Assembly: GCA_048771875.1 (NCBI GenBank)
Contig: CM109709.1
Location: forward strand, 44,324,541 to 44,388,540
From: Ctenodactylus gundi
Lineage: Eukaryota
Length of the DNA stretch: 64,000 bases
Direction: 5' to 3'
This document shows, one piece after another, positions 1 through 12,975 of this stretch (positions are counted from its first letter, which is position 1; every line of letters starts with the position of its first letter). The notes beneath the pieces were generated by a model. It was not told the origin of the DNA, made no database searches, and saw only the letters and a list, made by a program, of their open reading frames with translations. Made by a program: the position numbers and the translations under genes.

Positions 1-187
1 TCAAGGAGAAGATCCTGGGATCAATCCCCAGTACTGATTTCTGCATTGAAAAAGTATAAGGTGCCTGTAATTCCAGCTCTCAGGAGGCTGAGGCAGGAAG
101 ATTGCTGTGAGTTCAAGGCCAGCCTGGGTTCCACAGGCAGTTCAGGACTAGGACCAGCCTGAGCTGTAAATAGCAAGACACCGTTTT

Positions 188-191
188 CACC

Positions 192-258
<67 letters not shown>

Positions 259-262
259 TATG
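188..262. repeat. (GA)n microsatellite, ~37 units with one interruption
   Basis: Directly visible as agagagag... Confidence 0.95.
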
Positions 263-845
263 TGAGCTGAACTCGATAATCTGTAAACTAATCCTTTGTA
301 ACTTTAAACTTTCATGTGCCACATTCTGCTCCCCAGGTGACGGGTGCCACGGGCGGGCTCCGGCGTGGAGGGAGAAGGCCAGCAGCGCACCGGCTCCAAC
401 CCTGGTTCTCTGCGAGCCGCCTGCTCCGATCTCCCCTAGAGACAACCGTGCCCACCCACTAGCACTCAGCAAGAAGTCAGAGACGGCAGGACAGGAATTC
501 AGGGGACCTTGTGGGATCTAAATCACAATCAACACATTAAACCCTAGTTTCCCTGTGCTGCGCTGTGAACTTGAGAGCGCACGCTGGTGAGCATCGGCAC
601 GGTGGCAAGCAGGACCCGACCTTGCTGCTCAGCTGCCAGAACCCACAGGTCCACCAGAGGACACCGGGAGTGCCCCCCTTTCCCAGTACACTCAAGAGGA
701 AATGCCAAGGGCCTTTGGGTAATCTGTTTGTGTCAATCACCTTCTGCTTGTTCTAGTGCCATGAACTGTACCCTTAGTTCCGGCCAGCTGGCTGAGAATT
801 CCTTGTTACAGGACCAAAAAAAATCCGGGAGCCTGGAGGGTCAGT

Positions 846-1715
846 TTAAATCCACCCTGAGCCTAGGAAAACAACGCAACTGCGCATGTGCGTCTCTCGG
901 CAGGGCGGCTGGGCGCCAAAGGCAGCCCAGGGAGACCCAGACCCCGAGCGCAGCGCCCGCAGGCCCTCACCCCGCAGCCGGCAGCCGCCCGCCTGCAGCT
1001 CCAGGTCGCAGCCCGCGCCCTCCCGGCGCAGGAGCTCGATGCGGCGCAGGTTGTCCCTGAGCGCCTCCGCCTGCCGCAGCTCCGCGTCCTCCCCGGCGGC
1101 CCCGGGCCCCTCGCTGCTCCGCCGGGCGGCGGCCTGCACCTTGGGCGCCCCCAGGGCCTCGGCCGCCGCCAGCACGTCCCCCGGCGGCGCGGGGCCCAGC
1201 ACCCCCTCGTAGGCGAAGCTCAGCACGGCCTCCCAGCCCGCCGGGGTCACGTCCAGGCTGAGGCCGGGCCGGGCGCCGCCGCCGCCCAGCAGCCTGCTGC
1301 GGAAGAGCCCGCTGACGGCCGCCAGGATCACTCGGTGCACCCCGTACACGCGCCCCGCGACGGCCACCTCCTCGTCCAGCAGGAGCCCCTGCTCCCGCAG
1401 CCGCCGCGCCTCGGCGAAGAACCGGCGCGGGTGCTCCTCGCTGCGCAGCGCCCCCGGCTCGGCCGCGTCCTCGCCGTCCCCGCCCTGCTCCTCTCCCTCT
1501 GGGGCCGAGTTTGGAGAGGGCAGGTGTCCGGGGGCCGGGGATGCGGGGTCAGGCTCTCGCAGAGGCAAGGAAAGGAGGCCGGGCTCGTCCTCCGGGGAGG
1601 GGGGCCCAGCGGGAGTCCCTTGGGCGGGCACGGGGAGGCTGAGTCCATCCTTCTGGACGGAAAGGGACGCAGCCTCCGGGCCAGAGGAAGGATGGGTGCC
1701 GTCGTAGCCGCTCAT
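846..1715 (-). CDS. KLHL33: 5' coding exon of a BTB/Kelch-like protein, probable KLHL33 ortholog. The ATG is at 1715. The real splice donor lies somewhere before the in-frame stop at 846 and is not resolved. Downstream exons lie left of the window.
   Basis: The 289-aa ORF has a Pro/Ser/Glu-rich N-terminus followed by a BTB/POZ-like core (VYGVHRVILAAVSGLFRSRLLG...VLSFAYEGVL...LAAAEALGAPKV). Its position and strand match KLHL33 upstream of OSGEP in human synteny. It sits in a GC/CpG-rich island. Confidence 0.5.
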   Translation of the reverse strand: MSGYDGTHPSSGPEAASLSVQKDGLSLPVPAQGTPAGPPSPEDEPGLLSLPLREPDPASPAPGHLPSPNSAPEGEEQGGDGEDAAEPGALRSEEHPRRFFAEARRLREQGLLLDEEVAVAGRVYGVHRVILAAVSGLFRSRLLGGGGARPGLSLDVTPAGWEAVLSFAYEGVLGPAPPGDVLAAAEALGAPKVQAAARRSSEGPGAAGEDAELRQAEALRDNLRRIELLRREGAGCDLELQAGGCRLRGEGLRALRSGSGSPWAAFGAQPPCRETHMRSCVVFLGSGWI

Positions 1716-4700
1716 GGCACAGGCTCGCCGGCTTGCTGCAGGGGAACAGACAAGAGAAGGCGTCTCAGGAATCCCGGAGTCCAGAGGAACCCGGTCCCCG
1801 GCTCAGGGAACGGTCAATCCCCCCCTCTGTTCTAACTTTCCACTCCCATCCCGAGGTGACATCCCAAGGCCTGAGCAGTGGCCTAGAAAGTGCCATCTCC
1901 AGGGGCTTTCAGGCCCGGGGGAGCTACCTAGGGCTCTGGGCAAACCCCGCTCACCTCCCGTCCAGACCTTCACCCCCTCAGGAGACCCCTGGGCTTCTGC
2001 TTGCCCCTCTCACTTGAGCGTCCGACTGAGCTTGGGTCTGTGGTGTGTACCCGGAACTCACCCGTTTTCCAGTCAATGGCCCCACATGGCTAATTATAGC
2101 TGAGACTGGAGGCCTCGACACAGGGCAACCAGTGCCCAAACTGACACCCAATCTCCTGGGTCAGCCTGGGACGAACCCCCCCTTCCACCTGTAGGTCACA
2201 AGGGGATGCTGAGTGAGGGGAATTCAGAAGCCAAAGGAATGTGGGGTAGAGAGTGCCAGGCTGGAAGGGCTACACTCACCACAGGGCGCTGAAAAGTCTA
2301 AACCCCACCCAAGGGACGAGAAGAGTGAAATATGCTTTGGCTGTTGGTTTTGACGCGTGAAATGAAGCTGGGACCCTGAAGAAAGCAACACTGATGTGAA
2401 GAGCAAACAGCCCAGCCCTGGGGACAGAGGAGAGGGAGTTAGTAAGGAGGCAGGGGGCAGGATGACAGGTCCAGGTGACTTGCTGTGCCAGGGCTGCCTG
2501 TCCCAAGGTCCCAAGGCACACAGGACCCAACCCTGTGTCTTCAGAAAAGTCCTGAGGCATCTGACCTGGCCAAGTGGATGAGGACCAGCCAGTGGAATTC
2601 ACGGTTGTCTCCCCTGCAGTCTTAGACTAGATGTGCTGGGAGCCCAGGTATTCTCACTGTTCAAGGCAGAACATTAATAGCCATACCCTCCTCTACTCGG
2701 GATAATGGCTCCCTTTCATCCTGAGACCTAGTACTTGGCAGACACCCCAAAATGATGTAATCTAAAGCAAGGCAGTCCGAGGAGTCATTCTGGGGAAAGG
2801 ATTTAGAGAGGACAGCAAGGTGCCTCCCTGCCCTCTCTACAGGTAAGACAGGCCAACGTTAGCTAGAGGCTTCCAGGCCTACCAAGTGGCTGGTCTAGGC
2901 TAGACAGGTTGGCCAGATAAGTAGACTTAAGGACCGTACTTGATCCATGTAATTCAGGTGAGAGGGTTCTTGAGGTGAAGTAGGAAGGTGAACTGACTAG
3001 CATAGCTACCCATCTGGCTGTATTTTTTTGAGACAGGGTCTCAGTCTGTAGTCCAGGCTGGTTCTGAACTATGTAGTCCAGGCTCTCATTGAACTCATGG
3101 CCATCCTCGTCTCAGCCTCCTGAGTGCTGGGATTACAGGCATGCACCACCATGCCCAGCTTGTGTAGCGCTAAGAAATTAAACTGAGGTACTTAGCACTT
3201 GCTAGGCAAGGACTTTACTCTTCCTCGAGCCCTCCAGTGCCTCTCCCTTTAGAAACTATTTTTCCCACTTACAACCTGGGTATCCCAACCAACTCAGTAG
3301 CATTTCCTAAGGTTGAGTCTAGCTCAGGGCTGCATCCCTCACACCCTAATTGTCCTGGTTGGTGAAAGGAAAGATATCAGCTCTGCACCTTCTCCTCCAG
3401 GGCAGATGTTACAGACTACTCTCATGGACTCCCTGCAGCAAAACAAGGCCATGATCTTAAGTCAACAGCAGAAAACAGAGGACCTATTGCTTGCAGACCT
3501 CTGCCTGCCTAAAAGGACACAGAGACTGGATTTTGCTGTAAGTGCTTGCCCACTCCATGGTCCCAGTTTAGCTCCATTGCAGCCAACCTCTGTAGGGTGT
3601 GTGTGCCTCTACCACGGTAAGACCCATGCCCCAGAGCGAACTCCCAAAGGTCGGAGATCTGTGGCCTGGACCAATACTCATTAGAGCCTGGGGACCTCTC
3701 TTCCTTGATTGGACCTCCAGGTCCACTAGTCAGTCCTTCTCCTGCTGGCAGACATGCTGCTTGGGTGCGCTCTTGGCATTTCAGTTACACAGGTGCTGTC
3801 TCAGATAGGGCATAGCTTGACTTCTACCCATACATATGAGCCATGTGCCAAGGCACAACCCCAAGATGACCCAGGGAATCCTTCACCAGGCCCGGAAAGG
3901 CCTAGCACTGCTTGGCTGTGTCATGAGAGTCATGGTAATGGTCTGGAGCCCAGGTTCCCCAAAGTTTGGGGATCTAAATGGGTGAGAATTTCATCCCACA
4001 GATCTTAAAGGGGCTGGAGGAGGGGTGTGTGTTTATACACCCCCTCCACCTACACCACTCTGCTCATAGATTTGCTGTGTGCTAAACATCTGGTGTGTCA
4101 TCCTTCACTGCAACTGCCTGGTCACTGCCCAGGTGGGCAAAGGCATGAGATCTGAGCTCCCCTGGGCAAGAGGAAGGGGCTCAGCAGATGAGGTCCAAAT
4201 GAATTAATTCCCCTCCCCAGCCCAGGGCTCACAGGGCTTGCTGTCCTACTTTCAGTCTCAGTCACTGCTGTTGTCCCTCTCAGCCACCTCCACTAATGGC
4301 AAAGTCAAGACGTGTGAGTCTGTTGCTATCCTGCTGTCTCAGAATGCCCTGTTCTGTCAGCTTCATCTCAGAATGCCCAGAACTGCTTACATCACAGAGC
4401 AACTCCTCCTTCCCCTCCTCTGGGGGGCGGGAGGGCACATACTTCTCCATCTCTCACAGCCTGGGTCCGGGGCTTGGTGGTTCCATGGGGATCATCTTTG
4501 CCTTTGTCAACTTCAAAGCTGTGGTTATGCAGCCAGTGGGCTTTGCAGAGATCCTATTGGACCAGCTCTGGTAGGTAGTGTCTATTTTTTTCTTCTGCTG
4601 TCTTTTTCAGTTTTGCTGACCTTGGAAGATGTACCCTACGTATGATTGTAGCCTGGAAACATCATTTAAAAAGTCACATGGAGGCAGCCAATCAGTGAAT

Positions 4701-7700
4701 CATGTCTACAGACCCTGTAATGTCTACATTCTGCCCTCCAAGAAACATGGGGTACAGCTGCACAACATGGACCCCAAGGACGAGGCACGAGCTGTGAGTG
4801 CAGTGGCTGTGACTAGCCTTCCAGTCATGGCACTGGCCGGCATGCAGAGGGAGTCTGAGGCAGATGTATGGAATAGAAGTTGGGGCGAGGAGGGGAGGGG
4901 ACGGTGGTGGGACTTGGACCAAATGGCAATAGTAGACAGAGGATTGGGGGGTGGGGGGAGTAAAGGCAGCTGCTGCCTGAGGGGCCCTGCTAAATGGGAG
5001 GAACTGGTGGAGCAGATTCCCATGGAAGGCACCCTGAAATTGGGTGGCCTGGCTGGGAGAGACTCTGCACCCAAGCTAAAGGGGAACAAATATAGACCTC
5101 ATTCTGAAGACCTGCTGGGATGATCACCAGACAAGCCCAGCAGAAGATAGCAGATGAGAAACATCACATAACTGCTCTCAGGTGTCTACAGTTTTAATAT
5201 ACCCCTCCAGCATGAGCAGGGATGCTTTGCAGTTGAGGGAAGGTGAAAAGGATACCCATCTGGCCAGAACCTCTTTATGGGAACAGGTTCGTGGAACAGG
5301 AATCACAGAGGACTGAGAGGAGCATTGGGATGGGACATGAGTTTCTCCTGATTCTCTTTTGTCACCATTCTTTCTGATCCTCATCTCTTTTATCAACTAC
5401 TTTCTGGGGACACTCATCCCCCTCAAATCTCAGTTGAGAAGCTACTGGCTTTTTTGGGTATCAAGGTGAGACAGTTGGAACCTGGCTCAGAAATGTATTA
5501 AACAGAATTAATGTCTCAGAATGTCACTCCTCTTTGCAGTAGGAGACCTCATTAGCTCAGGAAAGTCTCAGAAAGAACCCTTGACTTCTAATTCCACTTC
5601 TCACTTCAAGTTGTCCATCAGATTTGCCAGAGTAATGTAAGTCCCTGGGCTGGCCAGTTGACACAACTCCCTTACTCTTCCCAGCCTTGCCCAAGTCACA
5701 CTAAACTGGGTGGGGAGTAATACAGATCTTGACTGAATGGAGGGAAGACAGAATGTCCTCCTGAAAATCCTTTTTCCTTTCTGTTCTTTCACATAGGAAG
5801 CATTTTCTTGGCAAATATGGCACCACAGTGGCATGGTTCACAGGTAAGTTTCCTTAGCATGTTTTCCATATTATTCCTCTCAGCCACTGGAGTCCTGGCT
5901 AGAGCTCAATGTGAGGCCGACTAGGCCCAGGGCAGGCTCACTGCAGCCCCTCTCTTCTGTCACCAATAGCCCCAGGCTTGTTCCCAGGACCGCTCCTCTT
6001 ACCTTCCCTAGGTGACTGTGCTGATCCCCATCTACTGATACTTAAGAAAAATATGAGCTCAAAGTCCTTTAAGATTTTTCCCGAGCTGCTCTCCCTGAGC
6101 AGCTGCAAGAAAAATGCCAAGAGTGAGCGGAACCCAGAAGTTCAAAGTTACAGCTACAAGCCCCAAAATGCAGAAGACAGAGAGGGGGAGGGAAGAGTAT
6201 CAGGACACTCACTGTAGGTGGAAAGGTAAGACTACACTACACAGGAAAACTGGCAGAAATATCCAATTTCAGGCTGGGATGACACTCAGTGGTAGAGCAC
6301 CTGTTCAGCAGTGTGCCAGACCCTGGATGTGATTCTCAGTACTAAAAAATAAAATACAGCTCCTGCCTTATTTTTCCCTAGGATATATCCCTTCCTCAGA
6401 AGGCTCAGGTTTGGCTTCCAACATGTGAGAGATCTCACAGGCAAGCCACAAAAGCAGAGGTCAGGACCAAGTCCCGAGCCCTGTATACTTTCCTTCCTGT
6501 CCTCCTTCACAGCTAAGAACCTAAAGGAGAAAGTGTCACACAAGTTACAACTTAACCGAACAGGTGGTAAGCGAAATTGGACACAATATGACTACTGCGA
6601 GACAATGGCTGTGGGGAACAGCGGACTGGTTTCTGTTTGCATCTGAATGTGCTTATGATCACTAGTTTGGAAGCGCATGACTCGGCAGCAGAATAGATAC
6701 GAAGTGAAAAGAAGCCTATTGGTTCTTATTTCCCAAAGACAGAAATTTCAGGAGGTGACAGATACTTTCTGCTGTATGTTCCATCTTTGATTCTGGTTTG
6801 CAGCCAAAAGGCTTTTGGGGACTTGGTGGCTTTACATCAGTTGCAAGAACCACCATCAAAGAAGCCTGGAACCCACTTCTCTCCAAGACCCCTCCTGCCT
6901 CCAGCTACATCTCAGAGCAGGATGTGCAGGCGAACCAAAGGATTATATGGGAAGACGACAGGACAGTGATCTCACCGCAGGACTCAACAATGGCCGCTCG
7001 TGCTGTCCTCTGCTCCTTCTTCCTAGCCATGTAGCTGGAGTAGCACGTGTCTTCATCAAGTACTCCGGTAATATTCTGAGGATGCTGCCCTCATAGGGAC
7101 AGATCCCAGGGAACGGGATAGTTCAATGAATGAAAAGCTGAGAATACTCTCCATTCCTCACACTGTCTTCCATACCAGCCTACCTGTGACCCCGTGGGCA
7201 GCCTGTCCTGGAGCCTTCCTTGTACATGACCTGGCTGGAGATGCTGTCCAGGGACCTGACATCCCCCACTGCCTTCACTCGTGGGAATCAACAGGACTCC
7301 CTGACCCTCTCCCATCAGTAACAGCCTTAGATGAGATGGAGCCAGGGAGAACACCCCACAATTTAGGATTTAAGGAGCTAAGGAGCTTTAGTTCTCTTTT
7401 TCTTTTCTCCTGTCTGTCTGCCTGCCTCTTGTTGGGGCTAGAACCCAAAGTCTCACATGCATTCCAGGCAACTACTTTACTTGTAAGCTACATCCTAGCC
7501 TGATTTTTGGCCTTTAAATTTTTGGCCCTTGGGAAGCCTCGGGCAAGAGCTCAAGGCTTCCTAAGGAAGTCCGCTATGAAACGTGAGGTGGAATCGTTCT
7601 AACTCCTGTCAGTGAAAGCTTGCAAATCATACTTCAGTAATATACTTGCTGCCCATCTGTAAAATGAATTCCCCCAAACCTAGGCAGAGATCATTTTATT

Positions 7701-8099
7701 CTCAAATATATTTAAGGATGGGAATTTAACTGCTACTTGCGTCCCACGCCACCTTCCATCCTCAAGTTTCTGATTTTAAAACCTCCATTTCTCAGTGCAT
7801 TTTAACCAAATTATCTCTTGTAATTAAAGGTATACACAGACAATTTATACCTAGTGAAACACCAGAAATGTACTCTTTTCCCCAAACTTGTATGATCTCT
7901 GCATTTTGGCTTCTGGCCCAAATTACTGTATAGAACTCTGATCCTAGCTTTGATTTACCTTCCCATTAACTTATTCATTTAGTAAACTTCCCACTCCATT
8001 CTAAGTGTTAGAAAATACAGCAGTAAATAAAACAAGAAAAAAATGCCCCCATTCTTAGGGGAGTTTACATCCTAATATTAAGTAAAAAAAAACAAAACA

Positions 8100-8310
8100 A
8101 GGGGCTGGAGGAATGCCACAGTGGCTAAAGCAATTGCCTAGCAAGCACAAGGACATGACTTCAATGCCCCAGCACCACATAAAGCTGAGTGTGGTGATGC
8201 ACTCCTGTAATCCCAGCACTTAGGAGGAAGGAGGAATGCTGTAAGTCCAAGGCTAGCTTGGGATACACAGCGAGTTCAGGAGCAACTTGGACTACAGACC
8301 GTTTCAAAAT
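8100..8310 (+). mobile_element. Dimeric SINE (tRNA-derived ID-like head + 7SL-derived B1-like unit, B4-like), sense orientation with A-rich tail
   Basis: ggggctggaggaatgccacagtggctaaag...ccccagcaccacataaagctgagtgtggtg...cctgtaatcccagcacttaggagg...caaaataaaaaaa. Confidence 0.7.
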
Positions 8311-9650
8311 AAAAAAATTACATGTCATAAAAACAGGGAAAAGGATTCGGAAGTGCTGGAGGAGATGAGGGGTGTTCAGTAGCTATAAAGTATTCAGTGA
8401 AAAAAAGCTGAGCAAAGGCTTAAAAGAATATGATGGTGTCACCTTTACTGGGGGAAGAATGATACACAGAGGATCAAGTACAAAGGCCTGAGGCCTGAGG
8501 AAGGCATCAGAATCAACCTGGGAGAAGTGACCTGTCGTGGCTTCGCGTTACTCTGGCTTCGCTGAGAGCAACTGTCAGCGGGCAACCGTGGAAGCAGCGG
8601 TATCAGTTACTGCTCCAGTCTTGAGGTAAGTCAGCCTACAGAAGTGACAAGAAATGGCATTCTGGTTTAATTCTGAAGGTAAAGCCAAGTGGATTTACTG
8701 AATGGGAACAGATTAAAGAAACACGTGAAGGACAATACCAAGGTCCCTTGGCATGCACTAGGACAGAGTTGTCATTAACCGAGAGTAAAAATAAAGACTC
8801 TACGATTAGGATAAGGACAATCTATCAATTTTTTACCCACATAAAATAAATTTTGAGTACTGGAGATGGAACCCAGCACCTTCACACTGAACCATATCCC
8901 TAATTCACTTCTCTGTGTGTCTGTCTGTCTGTCTGTCTGTCACTGAGGATTGAGCCCAGGGCTTTTACAGTCATATCCCCATTTCAGTCTTAATTTTGAG
9001 ACAAGATCTTGCTAAGTTGCTAAATTACCCACGTTGAGCTTGAACTTGTGATCCTCCTGGCTCTGCATCTGACTGCTGGGATTACAGGCCTGCACCACTG
9101 GGTCTCACCTTGTTTTTTGGAACAGGGTCTGCTTAAGTCACTATGTTGCCCAGACTAGGCTCAGACTCAAATCCTGCCTCAGCATCACAGAGTGCTGAGA
9201 TTTCAAGTGTGCGCTACCAAACCTGGCTTTATATTTTATTTTGAGAATGTCTCATTAGGTTGTCCAGGCTGGCCTCAAAACTTCTGATCAAAGAAGTTAA
9301 GAATTTACGGAATTTTTCAAATGACTGGCTGTTCAGAAAACAAGGCAGAAGGGTTCAGGAGTTGGAAGAGGGAAGCAGATGTGGACAAGAAGAGAGCTAG
9401 AGAATAAAAATGCAGTGATCTGGTGGCTCAGGACTTCATACACTATCCACAAGATAAGGCAAGTGGCAACAAGTTCTCACAGCTGAGGGAAGAGGACCGC
9501 ACATGGATCGTGGCCAGTGGTGGCACATGCTGGAGAATATGGGAGGAAGCTTATGAAGAAGGCAGTTTTATCCTTGAGTTACAAATTAGATCTCCAGGCT
9601 ATTTTGGGGGAAGTCTTTAAAAGATTAAAAACATACAAAACCAAAAATAT

Positions 9651-9656
9651 TTTATT
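9651..9656 (-). terminator. OSGEP: Candidate OSGEP poly(A) signal (AATAAA on the minus strand), ~160 nt after the stop
   Basis: TTTATT on the plus strand at ~9651-9656, downstream of the OSGEP stop in the sense orientation. Confidence 0.45.
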
Positions 9657-9812
9657 GCCAAGTTATCTTGAGATTCCACAGGGGACCCCGCGTTGTACGC
9701 AGTGTCCACAGCCTTGCCAGGGGAGGGCAGAGTCCATAGCATTACCAGACTCCCACACAACGGAGAGATCAGATCGATGTCAGGGTCCCCTGAGCTCCAC
9801 TTAGGGAACTAG

Positions 9813-9873
9813 CTACTCTGATGCTGTTGCCTGTCGGTCTCTCCATGTCACTTCTACTTCATCTGTCCGATAC
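9813..9873 (-). CDS. OSGEP: OSGEP terminal coding exon ((R)YRTDEVEVTWRD RQATASE*), stop TAG at 9813-9815
   Basis: Anchored on ORF 9813..10010(-). Acceptor ttttctacag. The summed CDS is 1029 nt = 342 aa, i.e. human OSGEP (335 aa) plus 7 extra C-terminal residues. Confidence 0.85.
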
Positions 9874-10009
9874 CTGTAGAAAACAGGAAAACCGTGGTGC
9901 GGTCTATGCCGTGGCATTTTCCTTCCTTCCCTACCCTGCAGTGCCTGGACTTCTCTTCCCTTCTCGTTTCCCCTACCTCCCATATCTATTCCCGTCTGCG
10001 ATTCTCTCA

Positions 10010-10268
<259 letters not shown>

Positions 10269-10415
10269 CTGAGGAGGGGCAGGGATGGAGTGACCTTGAA
10301 CTCTTTCCACAGCCCATTCATGGGACACCTCGTGTGTAGACAAGAAGACTTGGGGCAAGGACAGGGAAGCACAGGGCAAGAAAAGATGCTAATAATTTCC
10401 CCAGCCCCTCAGCTA

Positions 10416-10631
<216 letters not shown>

Positions 10632-10669
10632 CTATGGACGCTCCTCCAGCCTCCAGCCTCCACTTCCAT

Positions 10670-10875
10670 TTTTTTTTTTTTCTTGACAGAGTCTCACTCT
10701 ATAGTCCAGGCTGTACCTGAACTTGCTATGTCCTACCTGCCTCAGCCTCCCAGTGCTGGTATTACAAGGTGTGCACTGCCACACCCAGCTTACATGGTAC
10801 TAGAGAATCAAACCCACAACCTTGAGCTTACTAGGAAAGTGCTTTAACCGCTCACCTATACCGCTAGCCCCAGCC
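10670..10875 (-). mobile_element. Dimeric B1/ID-type SINE, antisense, in an OSGEP intron
   Basis: The plus strand shows the reverse complement: tttttttttttcttgacagagtctcactctatagtccaggctg...cctcagcctcccagtgctggtattacaaggtgtgcac...gctttaaccgctcacc. Confidence 0.7.
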
Positions 10876-10909
10876 TGCACTTTCTTTCTCAGCTTTTCTA
10901 TCCATTACC

Positions 10910-10975
10910 TGCAGGGAGAAACACAGATCCTCAGGTGTACACTCGCCTGTGACTAACATCCGCTGGGCCGCATCC
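10910..10975 (-). CDS. OSGEP: OSGEP exon 7 ([22 protein letters not shown])
   Basis: Minus-strand match to human [22 protein letters not shown]. Acceptor ttgtag, donor gtaatg. Confidence 0.75.
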
Positions 10976-11460
10976 TACAATTAAAGAGGAAAACAAAAGC
11001 TGGGTGTGATGGCGCAACTCGTGAGGCTTAGGCAGGCGGACTGTTCTGAATTCAAGGCCAGCATGTGCTACCTAGTGAGTTTAGAACAGTCTGGGCTACA
11101 GGGCGAGACCCTGACTCAAAAAAGAAAAATAAAGAAGAAAACAATCGAAAGAATGAAGAGTCAGGTATGATGGAGCAGGCATGTAATCCCAGCACTCTGG
11201 GCAGCTGAGGAAGGAGGACTGCAAAGTTTGAGCCCAGATTGGGCAACTTAGCAAGAACCTATCTCAAAATTAAAACATTTCTTAAAAGAGGGCTGGGGAT
11301 ACAGCTCAGTGCAGAGGCTCTGAGTTCAATCCCAAAATATGATCCCACTCCACCACCACACATGAACCAGAGACATGGGTTTTTGTTTTGCTCCACACTG
11401 TGTCCCTATTAACTAGAACAGCAGCTGGCACACGAAATATTTGCTAAATGAATGGATTCA

Positions 11461-11670
<210 letters not shown>

Positions 11671-11779
11671 TCAGCAGGTTGCTACTCTCCAATGCCCCCG
11701 CTCCTGTGAGCTTCATTTACATTCAGGAAAAGGCCCCAAACCCCAACACCAAGATTTCTTCCACCATGTTCCTTCTCAC

Positions 11780-11829
11780 CGTTTTGCCATCTGTTCAATA
11801 TTGTAGCCTGGACTTGGGTCATTGGAAAT
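11780..11829 (-). CDS. OSGEP: OSGEP exon 5 (ISNDPSPGYNIEQMAK + CG)
   Basis: Minus-strand match to human ISNDPSPGYNIEQMAKRG. Acceptor ctgctag, donor gtgagaa. Coordinates +/-2. Confidence 0.75.
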
Positions 11830-12249
11830 CTAGCAGAAGAAAAAAGAAAGGAGGAGACAATCAGCTGGGTGTGATGGCACACGTAGGAGGCTAGGGCAGG
11901 AAGACTGCAAGATCAAGGGCAGCCTGGACTACACAGTGAGACCCACATCTCAAAAGAACCTAACACAAGCTGAGGGCATGGCTCTGCAGTTAAGAGTGCT
12001 GGCCCAGCAAGCGCAAGGCCCTAGGTTCGATTCCCACTACATAAGCAGGGTGTGATGGCATATGCTTCTAATTCTAGTACTGAGATTGAGGAAGGAGTGC
12101 CCTGAGTTTGAGGCCAGCCTGGGATGCAGAGCTAAACTGTCTCAAAAAACAAAATAAAACCAAGTATAGTGGCCACGTGTCTGCAAACCCGGCACTCTGG
12201 AAGGCTGAGGCAAGAGGTCACGGTTCAAGTCCAGCCAGGTTAACTTATG

Positions 12250-12545
12250 GATTTTGTAATGGTCTGGTAATCAATCATGGAGGCTAACTGATTTCCTGTG
12301 CTGGGAAGACACAGGGCCTGGTTGAAAGGGGTAGATCACGGGGACTTGGCCTAGAAGTGGTGATTTCCTTGCCAGTTCCACCCTTCATTCATTCTCCTTC
12401 CTATCTTGCCAGGCTGTGAACAGTTTTTCTCCAGCTAGATCCTCTGCTACTGCCAACCTGTCATGAGTGGACTGAGACATTCTGAAACTGTGAGCTAAAA
12501 TAAATCCTTCCTCCTGAGTGTCAAATTTTGTGTCCCAGCTACAAA
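12250..12545 (+). mobile_element. MaLR-type solo LTR (rodent ORR1/MT or MST/THE1-like), 3' portion
   Basis: Ends in the family-typical ...ctgaaactgtgagctaaaataaatccttcctcc... It lies in an OSGEP intron and is followed in tandem by a second copy. Confidence 0.5.
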
Positions 12546-12589
12546 TATGTGATGAAGTTACTTTGTGAGATCCTGTCTCAAAATAAAAA

Positions 12590-12975
12590 GGGCTGATATT
12601 ATGGTTTGGACCTTGAATGGTTCCCAAAAGTCTCATGTATTTAGATTCTATAGATTATGGATTCCATATGCTGTTAAAATACAAAGGTGAGCAAAAGACA
12701 TGCGCCATTCAAAGGTGGGGCCTGGTTGGAAGGGAAAGATCACTGGAGCTTAACCAAGATGGGGCTGATCAGTGGGACATAACCTGCAAGGGTATGTGCT
12801 AGCTCTGCCCTTCTTTGTGGTCTTGGCTTCCTGTCCACCGTGCTGCAAATAGCTTTTCTTCTGCTAGGCCTCTGCCAGGGCCTTCTACCACTGCTGGCTG
12901 CCCGTGAATGCAATGAAACTTTCTGAAACTGTCAGTTAACAAACCTTTCCTCCCTTAAGCTGTGAATGTCAGGAC
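12590..12975 (+). mobile_element. MaLR-type solo LTR, second tandem copy
   Basis: ...ggtggggcctggttggaagggaaagatcactggagc... to ...ctgaaactgtcagttaacaaacctttcctccc, the same consensus architecture as the 62.7-63.0 kb copy. Confidence 0.5.

Noticed and set aside
886-1835. Long plus-strand ORFs (108 and 315 aa, Ala/Pro/Arg/Gly-rich) overlapping the KLHL33 exon
   Set aside because: They are antisense to the BTB-domain ORF and lie inside a ~70% GC CpG island. The composition is low-complexity with no recognisable domain. Long open frames are expected by chance in GC-rich DNA.
4238-5123. Intergenic ORFs of 135 and 164 aa between KLHL33 and OSGEP
   Set aside because: They have no recognisable domains, low-complexity or mixed composition, no splice context and no supporting homology. 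They are consistent with chance ORFs in a 64-kb window.
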